Made by a program: the position numbers and the translations under genes
The notes under the pieces: generated by a model
Database searches by the model: none
Seen by the model: only the letters and a program-made list of their open reading frames with translations
What the model was told of the DNA's origin: nothing
Part shown: positions 52,420-64,000 of the stretch, piece by piece
Layout: each line of letters begins with the position of its first letter
Numbering within the stretch: the stretch's first letter is position 1
Origin: the human T2T-CHM13v2.0 reference genome, Homo sapiens
DNA length: 64,000 nt
Assembly (NCBI RefSeq): GCF_009914755.1
Contig: NC_060930.1
Direction: 5' to 3' (one strand)

Positions 52420-52779
52420 TTACACTATATAGTTACACTATGTATATATATGTAGTGTAACAGCCAAATAATAAAATGAAATAAGCAGCCAAAATAAATA
52501 AACAAAATAAAAGAAAAAAACATTCCATTTTTGGAAGAAAATGTTTGCTTTTCTGGAAAATCTCCTTGGAAAATGGAAAAAAAATACAACAATGCAGACA
52601 GCATACTATTTGTTGTTATGAAAAAAATTCTTATTGGGAGATCTCGCTTATACCCTCTCAGTACTTCCTGGTGGCTCAGAGGCAGGACCGCTCAGCCTGA
52701 TGTCAGTGAGGGGTGCAGGGCAAAGGTTAGATCACACATTGGATCCCAGGCTGAGTCTGGAAATAACATGCCTGAAGGA

Positions 52780-53770
52780 GGGTGGGTTCGCTGGGGAGGA
52801 GGACAGAGGCGAGGCTGACGCGTGGAGGCAAGGCCAGAGTTTTTCATGAGCATTTTCTTGGAAGCTGCCAGCGGGCATCTTTGGGGCTCACCGTGGTGAA
52901 TCCAGCACCCTTCGCTGGGTCAGCCTCTCTCCGTGCCCCGGCCCTCCAGATGCCCAGTGCTCCGCGTCCCCCACAAGTGAGGCCGAGGAGGTCGGCGCCA
53001 GGGGAACCAGGGCCGGTGCTGAGCAGCTCCGGTGGAGGCCGTCAGTGGACTTGAGTTTTAAAAAGGCTCCTGCGGCGTGGTCCTGGCCAGCTTCTCTGCT
53101 GCTCCGTGGAAAGGCCTCCGGGACAGTGGCCTGAGCTTGGCCTTGCAGGGCTGGGAGCCGGCAACCCGCCCTGGGCACGGACACGCCCTTCATCCCTGAC
53201 CGCCAGGCTCCAGCCCTGCTGGGGACACTCAAGGCAGGACGCCGGGTCCCCCCGCATGGCCTTTCCGCGGAGCTCTCCGCCGCCGAGGACGCCCAGGCCT
53301 GCTTTTCCTGCCACCTCTCCTAGGCCGCGAGCCCGGGCCCCTGGAACTCAGCCACCGAGTCACCTCCGGCACCGGACTCAGCTCTGCGCCCCCGGCCCGC
53401 GCTCACCGCGGAGGGGGAAGGAACCACTATGGAGGCTGCACTCCAACGTCCTCCCGAATTCCGCAGCTTCTGGGCTTGTCTTGGTCTAGAATCCTCAGAA
53501 AACCATGACTCAAGGCCAAATCCAGCCTGCCGAGTGTTTCTAGATAAAGTTTCATTGGAACGGAGCTGCTTTCCCATTGCGGCGAAGCCAAACCCGTGGT
53601 GAACGCACCTGACCTCTCTATCTTCCGAAAGCTTTGCTGATCCCGGCCCGGGCCTCCGGAGCCCCAGGTTCCATTCTGATTTCCTCAGCTCCCGGCTTCT
53701 TGCATTCAGTAGCAATAATACCAGGTACACGCATGTACTCTGTAGTGGACGCCTTATTTGCCACTCGCCA
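52780..53770. promoter_or_regulatory. CpG island, candidate promoter/enhancer
   Basis: Non-repetitive, GC-rich, dense CpG (core ~52900-53470) in an otherwise CpG-depleted window. Confidence 0.75.
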
Positions 53771-53794
53771 AAACCCAGTTTCTCAGGAATGGGA

Positions 53795-53900
53795 GGGTCT
53801 TATCCCCATTTTACAGGAGAGAAAGCTGAGGCACAGGAATCTTAAGTTACTTTCTCAAGTTCATCCGTGAGAGGCAGAGCCATGCTCTGAGCCCCTGGCT
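53795..53900 (-). mobile_element. MIR fragment
   Basis: TATCCCCATTTTACAGGAGAGAAAGCTGAGGCACAG..TTAAGTTACTTTCTCAAG. Confidence 0.8.
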
Positions 53901-55705
53901 GTGTGTCCACGTGCGTTTGCAGGTGTGTGCTCGTATGTGGTGTGTGTATGTGTGCTCTTACCTTGCCATTTGAGAAGATTTAAATCCCCGCCTTAGCATC
54001 TACAATCACTCCTTTAAAAAAAAGAAAAAAGAAAAAGAAAAATAGAAAAAAAAAAGAAGATTATTAGCCCAGCATAATAAGTTGTACAGAAGTCAAGGCT
54101 CCTGTGCGCCTGCTGGGGTGGCTCAGGCAGCCGTGGGGACCTCCTGTGGGCTTGCCCCCAGGACGGGACAATTCACATTCACATCTTCCTGGGCAGTCCG
54201 TGTTCTCAGCGGCTCCACAGGGCTGTGCTTAGTATCAGAAGATTAAAGTCAAACCCGAATGCTGAAAAAGCTCGATCCTTACATAGGTAAGGATGACTGC
54301 TGATCTCATATTCCTTGTTCTAAACGTTCACGCAGCGTACTAGCTGATAAGATCGCACACGATTTTGGCTTTAGTTGATGCTGGCTTCAAGGAAAGACTA
54401 AGCAACTTGTTTGCAAACTTTGAAATGACGTTTGGAAATCTACGTGCCTGATATACATGCTCCCTAAATTAAGGGTGAATCTGTGTGTCCTTTGGTTTGG
54501 GCTCACATTGTCATCACTTTCTCTAAGGGTGAATCTGATCATGTAACCAGTCCCAAGGACTCTCTGTACATCCCTCTCCTCCATCAGTTTGTCCAGCCCT
54601 GAGGGGCCATGATTCTGTTATTCAATTAACATTAGCATCAGATTCCAGGCTGGCTGGGGAGAAAAAAGTAGACAAAAGGGCATTATATGGGAGCTCTGGA
54701 TCACTTACTACCATGGGCGAGAGGTGGGAAGAATATTTCCTGGCATAAGGATTGCACAGTGGGATGATTCACAAATGGGGAAATGGCTCCAGGAACAGAT
54801 GGATGGACGGTTGGCCATTGCGGTCCTGTGTGCTTGGATGGCACTAGAACGCCCATTTAGGTTAGGGATTCATTTTCTCGCCATCCCTGAAAAATCCACA
54901 CCACTTCAGGTTTCGTTAAAGAGCTTTGTCACAGGACACCATCCCGTCGGACTCCTGTGCCACGGAAAGCGTGCCAGCCTTCCATGGCGTCTCCTGTATG
55001 CTGAAGAGAGATGCCCTCCATGGAGTTATGATAAGAAGAGAATGCTGGAGAGGAATCAGGGCTTTCCAGGCAACCTCTATGGTAGTTCTGGTGTTTTTCA
55101 CTTTTGAAATACTGCTAATGTTGACCCAATCTCGGGTTACATAAAAAAATAATAATAATAATAAAGTAAACTTGCATGCTTTTCAGCTGAGCTCTTCCTT
55201 CTCTATGAAGAATTAACATGACAACTCACATCTGCTCTTGGGATCGGCTGTTGATGGTCCTCTGTGTAATTCGCAAAGACACTCCAACAGGATGAGCAAA
55301 GTCACAGCTGCTAAAGTGGGGACTGGTCAGAGCCAATTAGGTCGTCCACTCACCCTGCTTCAGGACAGGATTGTTTACTTTCAGAAGTTGGTCCAAACTC
55401 AAGAGTCATGATAGACGCAAGTTGTTCCTGACAAGCAGAGCCTCCCTCCCCGGCGCACAGGGCCTCTTCCTCGTCCACAGTGTGAGCCGGCTGAGGTGGT
55501 GGTGTCACGGGGTTGGAGGGTCACCAGCAGCATTGGCATATGTGTGGGCCTGAGCACAGATCATGCTGGAACACGCACAGGGAGCCTTTGCTCAGAAACC
55601 AGTTAGCAGCGCAACTCAACACATTTGACAAAGGTCTGCTTCTCTCTCTGCCCCGGCCCTGAATTGCCAACTAAGGCCTTTGCCAGGAGGGCATATCCCC
55701 AGCGC

Positions 55706-55885
55706 CACTGTTTCCCCAGCAACGGGGATGGCTGCATTCATGTATTCCCCCTCAAGGGATCACTGTAGTTTCCCCAGCAATGGGGATGGCTGCATTCATG
55801 TTTTTCCCCCTCAAGGGATCACTGTAGTTTCCCCAGCAATGGGGATGGCTGCATTCATGTTTTTCCCCCTCAAGGATCACTGTAG
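55706..55885. repeat. ~58-bp tandem repeat, 3 copies
   Basis: CACTGT(AG)TTTCCCCAGCAAYGGGGATGGCTGCATTCATGT..CCCCCTCAAGGGAT starting at 55706, 55761 and 55820, with a partial start at 55878. Confidence 0.95.
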
Positions 55886-56598
55886 CAATTATGTGTCATG
55901 CATTTGCAGAAGCACTGAGAATAAGCAAGTAAAAAGGAAGTTCCTGAAGTGAACTAAACTAGAGCATGCCAAGCGCTATAATTAGATCTGTTCTGGAGGC
56001 CGTGGTGCAGAGGAGGGCAGCAGCCCTAATTCGGACAGATGCTGCTCATGGAAGCCCGAGCAAGTCGGTCATGGCTCCCTAGACAGGACATCGCTTATGG
56101 CAAATCTCGCTCCTCCATTCCCTCATCCGATGGCTTAGAATGCCAGCAGTTCCTCCCGTTCCTCATCCCCTCGGTACTCCTACCCCCACCAAAGCACGCA
56201 CCTGCTTCTCAGAGTCCTTGAGGAGGGCCACCTGTCCCAGCAACAAAGGGTCCATGTTCCACAGGAAGCTGAAGCCTAAACCAGGATGAGTGTTGATCCC
56301 AGCAGAGATGACGATGCTTCTACCCAAAGGTCAGTTATCATCACATGTATAAACCCACAACAGAAGCAGGTAAGGCAGTAAATATGGACTAAATGCAGTT
56401 AATTCACTAATTCTTTCATATAATTGTGTGGTTCTCATCCCTCTTTTCCCAGTCCAACAAGCAGTATTTTTTTCTCACTCTAAGGCTTCCAAAGATATCA
56501 ACTAAGCTAATTACAAAACGATTTTTAAAAATAGGTATACATCTTTAATAAAGTACATATATTCCTGAAATGCTTCTCTTGAAATAAATGTCTATAGG

Positions 56599-57387
56599 TG
56601 AAATGGGAGTCTCCTGATCCCCCTCAAATAACGTGTAATGGGGGTGTGGCTCACCTGTTCCATCGCCGCCACCATCCAAACCCCTGACCGGAGTGGGAGC
56701 ATGCAGACAGGCAGGTGCAAGCAGGGACAATTGCTTTGGGCTCCAGCCCTGCAGTAGTGTCTAGGGGTGGGTGCCTGCAGTCCCAGTGTTACCATGTTCT
56801 TTTAGCTTTGCCATCCACAGATGGCTTAAGTGTTAACCAGCTCAGTGGACCCTCTGCCTTTTGCAAGGGCCAAGGGCCAGTGTGACAGCTTTCTGTATCC
56901 TGAGCTCTTGCGCAGCATCCTGGAAGAATCGGGTCACACACAGATTTGAAGGATGAATGCAGGGTTTTGCTGAGTGGTGGACGTGGCTCTCGGTGGGATG
57001 GATGGGGAGCTGGAAGGGAGGATGGAGTGGGAAGGCGATCTTCCCCTGGAGTCTGGCTGTCCAGCAGCCGAAGTCCTCTCCAACCACACCCAGCCGAACT
57101 CCTCTCATCATTCAGACACTCCTCCTCTTCTCTCTTTCTCTGCTGCCTTGTTCTGCTGTCTATCTGCTTGTCTCCTCACCTGCTCATCTGCTTCTGGAGC
57201 CTGGGGTTCAGGGTTTATATGGGTACAGAATTGGGGGGAGGTGTGGTGGGCCAAAGGCAACTTTTTCGGCTCAAAAACAGAAAAGCCTTTTCCCACTTAG
57301 GGCCATGGGTCTCCAGGCTTGAGGGTGGGGCCTTTGCTGGGGGAACTGCCTTCTTCTACGCCATATTTTCTTGTCTCCTGTCTATAA
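56599..57387 (-). mobile_element. LTR1-group solo LTR
   Basis: Antisense homologue of the 30723 LTR (GATGGCTTAAGTGTTAAC, GATCTTCCCCTGGAGTCTGGC, CTTGAGGGTGGGGCC); 4-bp TSD TAGG/CAGG. Confidence 0.88.
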
Positions 57388-58614
57388 CAGGTGAAGCAGC
57401 TTCTCTGTTGAATTACATTTTAGTTTAGGAAAATACTTTTGCAACTATTTCTGCTGTGAACTGTGGAGAGAAAAGAGAAGCTATCAAGCATAAATAGTTT
57501 TCTTCTTCTTAGTGGAGCTCAGAAATGTATGGGGAAAGAGTTGTTTACATTTTCATAAGAATTTCCTTTATTCAAATTTTAAGAACACACAGTGAATTTA
57601 TTTTTTTATTATATTGATATTGTTGTATAATGAAAACTAATTTCACAACCTTTTACAATAGTTTACATTGTTTACATTTTATTTAATTCACATTTTGAAA
57701 AAGTAGAATCCAGTTAGCTGATATGAGCAAACACACTTCAGTTGGCAGATGTCTCCTTCACAATGAAATAAACCTTCAAGAGAGGACAGGAGGTACAGAA
57801 GACGCCCAGGGGTACCCTGCAGTGAGGGCTGCCAGGAGAAAATATCCCTATTTTCCAAGATGCTTTGATTCTTTTAATACAGGTGACTTCGATTTTGTCT
57901 TAATTTCTTCTTACCTCTTTGGGATTAAAACACCTTAAGCAGAGTAAATGACAGAGCTGCACACATCTGCTGTTCCTGATTTATCTCAGTGCAGTGGGTA
58001 CCTCCACATGGTTGAGATGCAGAATTCTTTACCAAGAGGTCATGCTGTCAAAGACAACATATGTTGTGCAGCTCTGCAAATAATTCTTCCAGCATTTGCT
58101 ATTCACCAGGCAGAGGAGGCCAGTGATCTAGAAAGCATTTCCTACTAACTTCCTCAGCCTCATCCCTGCTCACCCATGCCCATAAGCCCAGCCTTCCCTT
58201 CTCTATGGGTCCAGGTATTCAGGAAGGAACAGAAAGTTGGCTTCCGGAATTGCTTTTTATTAAAATATCAGTTTAGAGTTATTTTCTTTGTTTTAAATAG
58301 AAAATACGAAAGACAAATCTTGTGATTGCCTGTCAAGAGAGCTTATCCAAGGCACAAGCTGACCATAGGGCAGTATTTAAACTTCTGCATCTCACTCAGC
58401 CGCCTTCTGCCCCTTTGCAAAGCAGCTCGAATGCAGGCGTGCGCTTGCTGTCTCTGCCTGGGCTGCTCCTGTGGGGCTGGGTGCACCCGCTCCAGCAGTT
58501 CAGGTCTTCACTGGATAGGAGTCTCTATCCACAGTAACATGCCCTTCTCTGTGACTCTCTAGTTTTCTGTCTTTTCACCCATAGCCTCTGATATATAATA
58601 TATTACTATGCATC

Positions 58615-58750
58615 TTTCCGCTTGAAAGTAAACTCAATAATAACAAGGAACTTGACTGTTTTGTTCACTGCTGTATCTCCATTCTCTGGAATAAACATAC
58701 ATTAATTTAAAACATAAATTAATAAATGATTTATTAATAGGTTAATGAAT
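58615..58750 (+). mobile_element. L2 3' end fragment
   Basis: GTAAACTC..CAAGGAACTTGACTGTTTTGTTCACTGCTGTATCTCC..AATGAAT. Confidence 0.65.
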
Positions 58751-59955
58751 ACACTGTAATACACATGGAATACACATGGCTGAGACTCTGCAGCCATAGA
58801 CTCGTGATGATGTTGTGCTGAATAAGCTCTTCTGGACACTCTTGCTAAGCCCATAACTAAATAGTCAGCAACTAAAAAACTTATCCCATTTTAAGTGATA
58901 TGTAAAATCACAGAACATAAAAAAGAAATGAATCTTAAGCTACCTCCATCGGAGTCAGGGTCACAAATTCCTATTTTATGGGGATTATGGTCTCTGAAAT
59001 ATTTCAGAATTACAGAAACAATCAAAAAATGCCTTCCAGACATGAATCTGAATGGTAGATTCTCCATCAACACAGACATTCTGTTTTGGTATCAGTGACT
59101 CCCAGGCTGGATCAGCAACCATCTCCCACATGCCTGGAATAACTGCTGGCTGCGTCCGTCACAGGCTGGTGGTGGTTATTTGGAGAGATGTTTACATGTC
59201 TCAAACCTCCACACAGGCAAGAGATAAATTCTCCGAAGAATTAAAACATACATTCTGAATTGGACTCAAGAGAAAAATCCTGTGGATTCTTAACCCCAGG
59301 CAAAATGCAGACCATATAATGAATACAATGTGTTTTCGGGGGGCGGGGAGGGGCGGGGAGAAACATCACCACCACCAGCAATGCACTTTTTCAAGGTCTT
59401 TGGCAGAAACTGATATATAAACAGATTTTTTAAAGCAACTAACCTCAGAATTGTTTATTTCATTCTCTTTAAAAAGAAAGGATCATCTATTTTATCAAAG
59501 CACAGTGGAACAATTTCCTTCTTTCAGAAATGAAATAACAAAGATGCATTATTCCCTGCGGTGGGAGCAAGTGTCTTTCCTCATTTCCCCATCAGCCGCC
59601 ATCTGCACACGTGGCTCCAGCAACGGCCTGTGCTTCATGGCTGGGAGTCAGCACAGCACATGGTAAAATTCATCACAAGTTTCTCTTTGGATGCAATCCA
59701 GAAAGAAAAGGATTTCAGATTTAGAGAAAAGGAATGGGTGGTCAAGGGATTCTAAAATTCAGTCTTCAAAACAAGCTGGAGCCTTGCGTGCCTTCACCGT
59801 CCACAGAAACACAACAGTTATTAAATGCAGCATCCGTGTGTTCCTTTCCACGCCAACTGCATATGGCAGCAGGTTCTGCCTTGTGTCTGTGGCTGCTCTG
59901 GAGGCGGTGTCTCAGTGGTCAGAGACGCCTATGCTTTACCCACAAACAGACTCCC

Positions 59956-60308
59956 TGATGTGGTTTGGCTGTGTCCCCATTCAAATCTCAACTTGAATTG
60001 TATCTCCCAGAATTCCCACATGTTTTGGGAGAGACCAAGGCAGAGGTAATTGAATCATGGGGCTGGTCTTTCCTGTGCTGTTCTCATGATATAAGTAAGT
60101 CTCACGATATCTGATGGGTTTATCAGGGGTTTCTGCTTTTGCTTCTGCATCATTTTCTCTTGCTGCCACCATGTAAGAAGTGCCTTTCACCTCCCATCGT
60201 GATTCAGAGGCCTCCCCAGCTGTGTGGAGCTGTAAGTCCAATTAAACCTCTTTTTCTTCCCAGTCTCAAGTATGTCTTTATCAGCTGCAGGAAAGTGAAC
60301 TAACACCC
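59956..60308 (+). mobile_element. THE1 solo LTR (THE1A-like)
   Basis: TGATGTGGTTTGGCTGTGTCCCCATTCAAATCTCAAC..ATCAGGGGTTTCTGCTTTTGC; probable TSD CTCCC (59951-59955, 60309-60313). Confidence 0.92.
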
Positions 60309-60553
60309 CTCCCCCTTCTTGGTGTCCACACACACTCAGGGCTCATGCTCTGGATTCTCTGCATTCTCAAGTTTGAAGCTCTGTTCCTACCCCTTGTCCT
60401 TTCCCCTCTCCATAGCCTCCAGAAAGTCCATGGCAAAGCCTGACACTTTCTATCATTTCTCTCAAAACCAGCCCAGTCTTTCCAAGCTCATTTCATCCCC
60501 CACCCAGCTCAGGTAATGAGGCCCACCAAGGTAGAGGCTGAGAGCCAGAGGGA

Positions 60554-62175
60554 TGTGGAAACCGAAAGTAAAATTCTAAGCCTCAACCATCCAAATGGAC
60601 CCCTCCTCTCGGCCAAGGCCATTGGGAAGATAACTTGAAAAACTAGTTCAGGCCATGATGGGAAGAGAGAGTCAGATGTGCCTTATCATACCCTCCTCTC
60701 TTTTGGAATTACTGATAGAACAAACTCTTTAAGTCTCATAAGAAACATTTACAGTCTATTCTCTCTGAAGCCTGCTACCTGGAAGCTTCAACTTCTTGAT
60801 AAAACCTTGGTTTCCACAACCCCTTATCTTAACCCAGACATTCTTTTATATTAATTCCAGGTTTAGACAATAACTCTTTCGACCAATTGCCAATCAGAAA
60901 ACCTTTGAATCGCCTATAACCTGGAAGCCCGTGCTTCCAGTTATCCTGCCTTTCCCAACCAAACCAATGTACATTTCACATGTATTGATGCCTTATGCCT
61001 CCCTAAAAATGTATAAAACCAACTTGTGGCCTGACCACTTAGGACGCAACGGAGTATCTGAAGCTGTGATGTCGACAAATGCACATACAGACAAGCAGTC
61101 AAAGAGGCGGATGGTCCAAGAGTCAATACATGTAAGACACCATCCTTCCCAAGCTAACCTTGCATAGTATTTGCAGTTTAGAAGGTATTAATATTAGAGC
61201 AGTTCCTAACTGAAGGCCCACAGAAGATGAAGTCAGAATGGAAGACTGAGGCAAAGGAGGGTGGGCCATTGCAGGAACTTCGCACTAGACAACATAAAGG
61301 ATTCTCCTGCTGACTCATCTAACAAATGTTCACTGAGTACGTACTAAAAACTGAGTACCTGCTCACTCTGATGATAGTTTCTTTTGCTGTTACAGAATGG
61401 GAGAAAATCTTTGCAATCTACCCATCTGACAAAAGGCTAATATCCAGAATCTACAAAGAACTTAAACAAATTTGCATGAAAAAAACAACCCCATCAAAAA
61501 GTGGGCAAAGGATATGAACAGACACTTCTCAAAAGAATACATTTATGCAACCAAAAGGCATATGAAAAAATGCTCATCATCACTGGTCATCAGAGAAATG
61601 CAAATCAAAACCACAATGAGATACCATCTCAAGCGATCATTAAATGATCATTAAAAAGTCAGGATTTTAATGGCGATCATTAAAAAGTCAGGAAACAATA
61701 CATGCTGGAGAGGATATGGAGAAATAGGAACACTTTTATGCTGTTGGTGGGAGTGTAAACTAGTTCAACCATTATGGAAGACAGTGTGGTGATTCCTCAA
61801 GGATCTGGAACTAGAAAAACCATTTGACCCAGTGATCCCTTTACTGGGTATATACCCAAAGGATTATAAAACATACTACTATAAAGACACATGCACACGT
61901 ATGTTTATTGCACTATTCACAATAGCAAAGACTTGGAACCAACCCAAATGTCCATCAATGATAGACTGGATTAAGAAAATGTGGCACATATACACCATGG
62001 AATACCATGCAGCCATAAAAAAGGATGAGTTCATGTCCTTTACAGGGACATGGATGAAGCTGGAAACCATCATTCTGAGCAGACTTCTGAGGCTGTGTCA
62101 TGTGTGTGTCTGTAACCTTGGCAAAATAAATTTTCTAAATTGACTGAGATCTGTCTCAAATATTTTGTGTTCGCA
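60554..62175 (+). mobile_element. MER4A-like solo LTR in two pieces (60554-~61043 and ~62081-62175)
   Basis: AAAATTCTAAGCC..CTAGTTCAGGCCATGATGGGAAG..GTATAAAACC..GACCACTTAGG / CTGAGGCTGTGTCA..AACCTTGGCAAAATAAATTTTCTAAATTGA. Confidence 0.88.
61358..62081 (+). mobile_element. Primate L1PA-type ORF2 3' fragment with short 5' inversion (61358-61390 antisense); no 3' UTR or poly-A
   Basis: [40 protein letters not shown], then an abrupt end. Confidence 0.92.
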
Positions 62176-62252
62176 AGACAATGAGAAATAAGTCTCTGTT
62201 GTTTATAAGCCACCCAATCTATTGCCCTTTAACGGCTGAATGAACTGGGACA
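62176..62252 (+). mobile_element. MLT1-type LTR 3' end
   Basis: GAGAAATAAGTCTCTGTTGTTTATAAGCCACCCAATCTAT. Confidence 0.6.
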
Positions 62253-62259
62253 CTGGGTT

Positions 62260-64000
62260 TGCTTATTAGGTCAATTTTGTCAATCTAGTTTTTCATCTCT
62301 TCTATGTTATCACTGATGTTTAGTTGGTCTGTTTTACCTTTCTGTTACTAAAGTATATTGGATTATTCCAACATGGTTGTGGGCTTATCTATTTCTCCTT
62401 CGGTTTTTTCCCATTTTTGTTTTATATATCTTGAGGTTATTTTTTAGGTGCACTAATATTTTATTAGATTAAAATCTAAATTTTATTTAGATTAAGAATT
62501 GGTATATCTTCTGTGTATGGCTCTTTGTTTTCATTACAAAAACTTCCTTACTTACTAATGCTAGAAATTTTCTGCCTTTGATGATACATTTCCCTGCTTT
62601 TTCTGTGTCCTTTTACATAAAGTATGTCTCCTGTAAAGAGCGTGTAGTTACATTTTGTTATTTTAATCCAATTCAGCAATATTATTGGTTAACTGGCACA
62701 CTAAGTTCATCCATATTTTCATACCATTACAATATATTTGGATGTGAGTCTACTCTTTTATATTTCATTTTTAATGTGTGAAATCTGGTCTTAATTCATT
62801 TTTCTTATTTCTTTAATTATTTTTGCATTAATCAAGTGTTTCTATTCTAATTATGTTTTCACTCTTCTCTTAATGGCATTTTAAAGATTAACACACCCAT
62901 TCCTGATTTATTTCTCGCTGATGTTATTACTGCTCCCACTTCCAAATGATGAAGGACCTTAGAACACTAGCATGATCAGTCCTCTTTGCTCTTTGTGCTT
63001 TTTGGAAGTCAGCTGTGCTAACCACCTACCACAAACACCTCTTGTTTCTGCTGTTTGAAATGTGTTTCCATTGCATTTGATCTTTTTGTTTTATTTTATT
63101 ATTTTTTTAAAGATGGGGATCTCAGTATGTTACCAGGGCTGGTCTTGAACTTCTGGCCTCAAGTGATCCTCCAGCCTCAACCTCCTGAGTAGCTTGGATT
63201 ATAGGTGCACAACACCACACCCAGCTCTATTTGATCTTAACATCATCAAAACTGTATTATTCCCATTTGATAGAATCCACATTTTTTTTTTTAACTCTAT
63301 GCTTGCTCTGTTTCCTATTTGGTATTTCTGTGGGATCATTTGCCTTCTTCCTACAGACTTTCTGGTCATCCTCGTAGTGCAGCTGTGTTGCTAAAAGTTT
63401 TCTAAGTATTTGTTTACCTAAAAATTATGATTTTTGTTTTTGAAGAATATTTTTAGTGTTAGTTATTTCTTTCAGCATTTTAAATATCACATTCCAGTGT
63501 CTCCAAACACCCATTCTTCTTAAATGTCAGTTACCATTCTTATTATTGCTCACATAGTCTTTCAGTTTTCCTCTGGTAGAAAGATTTTTTTTGTCTTTAG
63601 CTTTCAAAAGCTTTACATTAATGTGAGTAGGTGTGACTTATTTATCTATCTGCCTACATGTCTTGGATCTTTGGAATGATGGATTTAGCAGTTTTAGAAA
63701 CTACTTGGCCAATAGTTCTAGTAGTTTTTGTCACATTTTTTTCTCTCCTCTCTTTTTGGGTCTGCAGTCAATACTGTTTAGACTTTTTCTCCATTTCTCC
63801 TAGTTTATTTTTGTATACATTCCAATCTTTTTTTTTTAACTCTGTGTTTCCTTCCAGATATTTTCTTCTTGCCTGTTTTCCAATTCATCAATACTCTTTT
63901 CAACTCCATCTCATTGCTATTAAATCCATTTATTGGTTTCAGTTCTTGATTTCAGTTAATTTTCAGTTCTATAATATTAATTAATGGGTTTCAGTTCTCT
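62260..64000 (-). mobile_element. Ancient L1M remnant (ORF2 start to ORF1 region, antisense)
   Basis: T-rich; CCAACATGGTTGTGGGCTTATCTATTTCTCCTT, TTTTTGAAGAATATTTT, CTTTCAGCATTTTAAATATCACATTCCA. Confidence 0.7.
63082..63226 (-). mobile_element. FLAM / free left Alu monomer
   Basis: Single antisense monomer with T-rich tail; TSD ATTTGATCTT on both sides. Confidence 0.85.

Noticed and set aside
52531-53870. Overlapping ORFs in the CpG island as coding exons
   Set aside because: Short Pro/Arg/Gly-rich ORFs in several frames are expected from GC content; no recognisable protein

Overview
Primate (human-like; an AluY-type insert is present) genomic DNA made mostly of transposon relics. I can support no host protein-coding exon, RNA gene or CRISPR array. 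Main components: a two-LTR THE1 MaLR (3.2-5.6 kb); an internally deleted HERV-L/MLT2A provirus (12.2-15.8 kb); a MER4 LTR plus internal sequence (25.3-29.9 kb); a decayed gag-pro-pol class I ERV with LTR1/LTR27-group LTRs (30.7-43.1 kb); a near full-length L1MA-type LINE (44.2-52.3 kb); a CpG island (52.8-53.7 kb); plus many solo LTRs, Alus and L2/MIR scraps. The most notable structure is the 3' LTR of the class I provirus. A single 36-bp stretch of its U5, still one copy in the 5' LTR, has expanded into about 99 indel-free tandem units with higher-order structure. The array sits just behind an inserted sense THE1 LTR that supplies an in-frame ATG in good Kozak context, giving a 1200-codon repeat ORF. 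This is a proto-gene candidate only: the open frame is largely a by-product of the unit sequence, and I see no sign of selection. Other oddities are a templated copy of L1 sequence pasted into the same L1's tail, a 1-kb foreign segment captured inside a MER4 LTR, a minisatellite split by a truncated THE1, and microhomology deletions fusing RT to RNase H in HERV-L. Repeat family names come from recall of consensus sequences, not a database search. Boundaries without a stated TSD are approximate.
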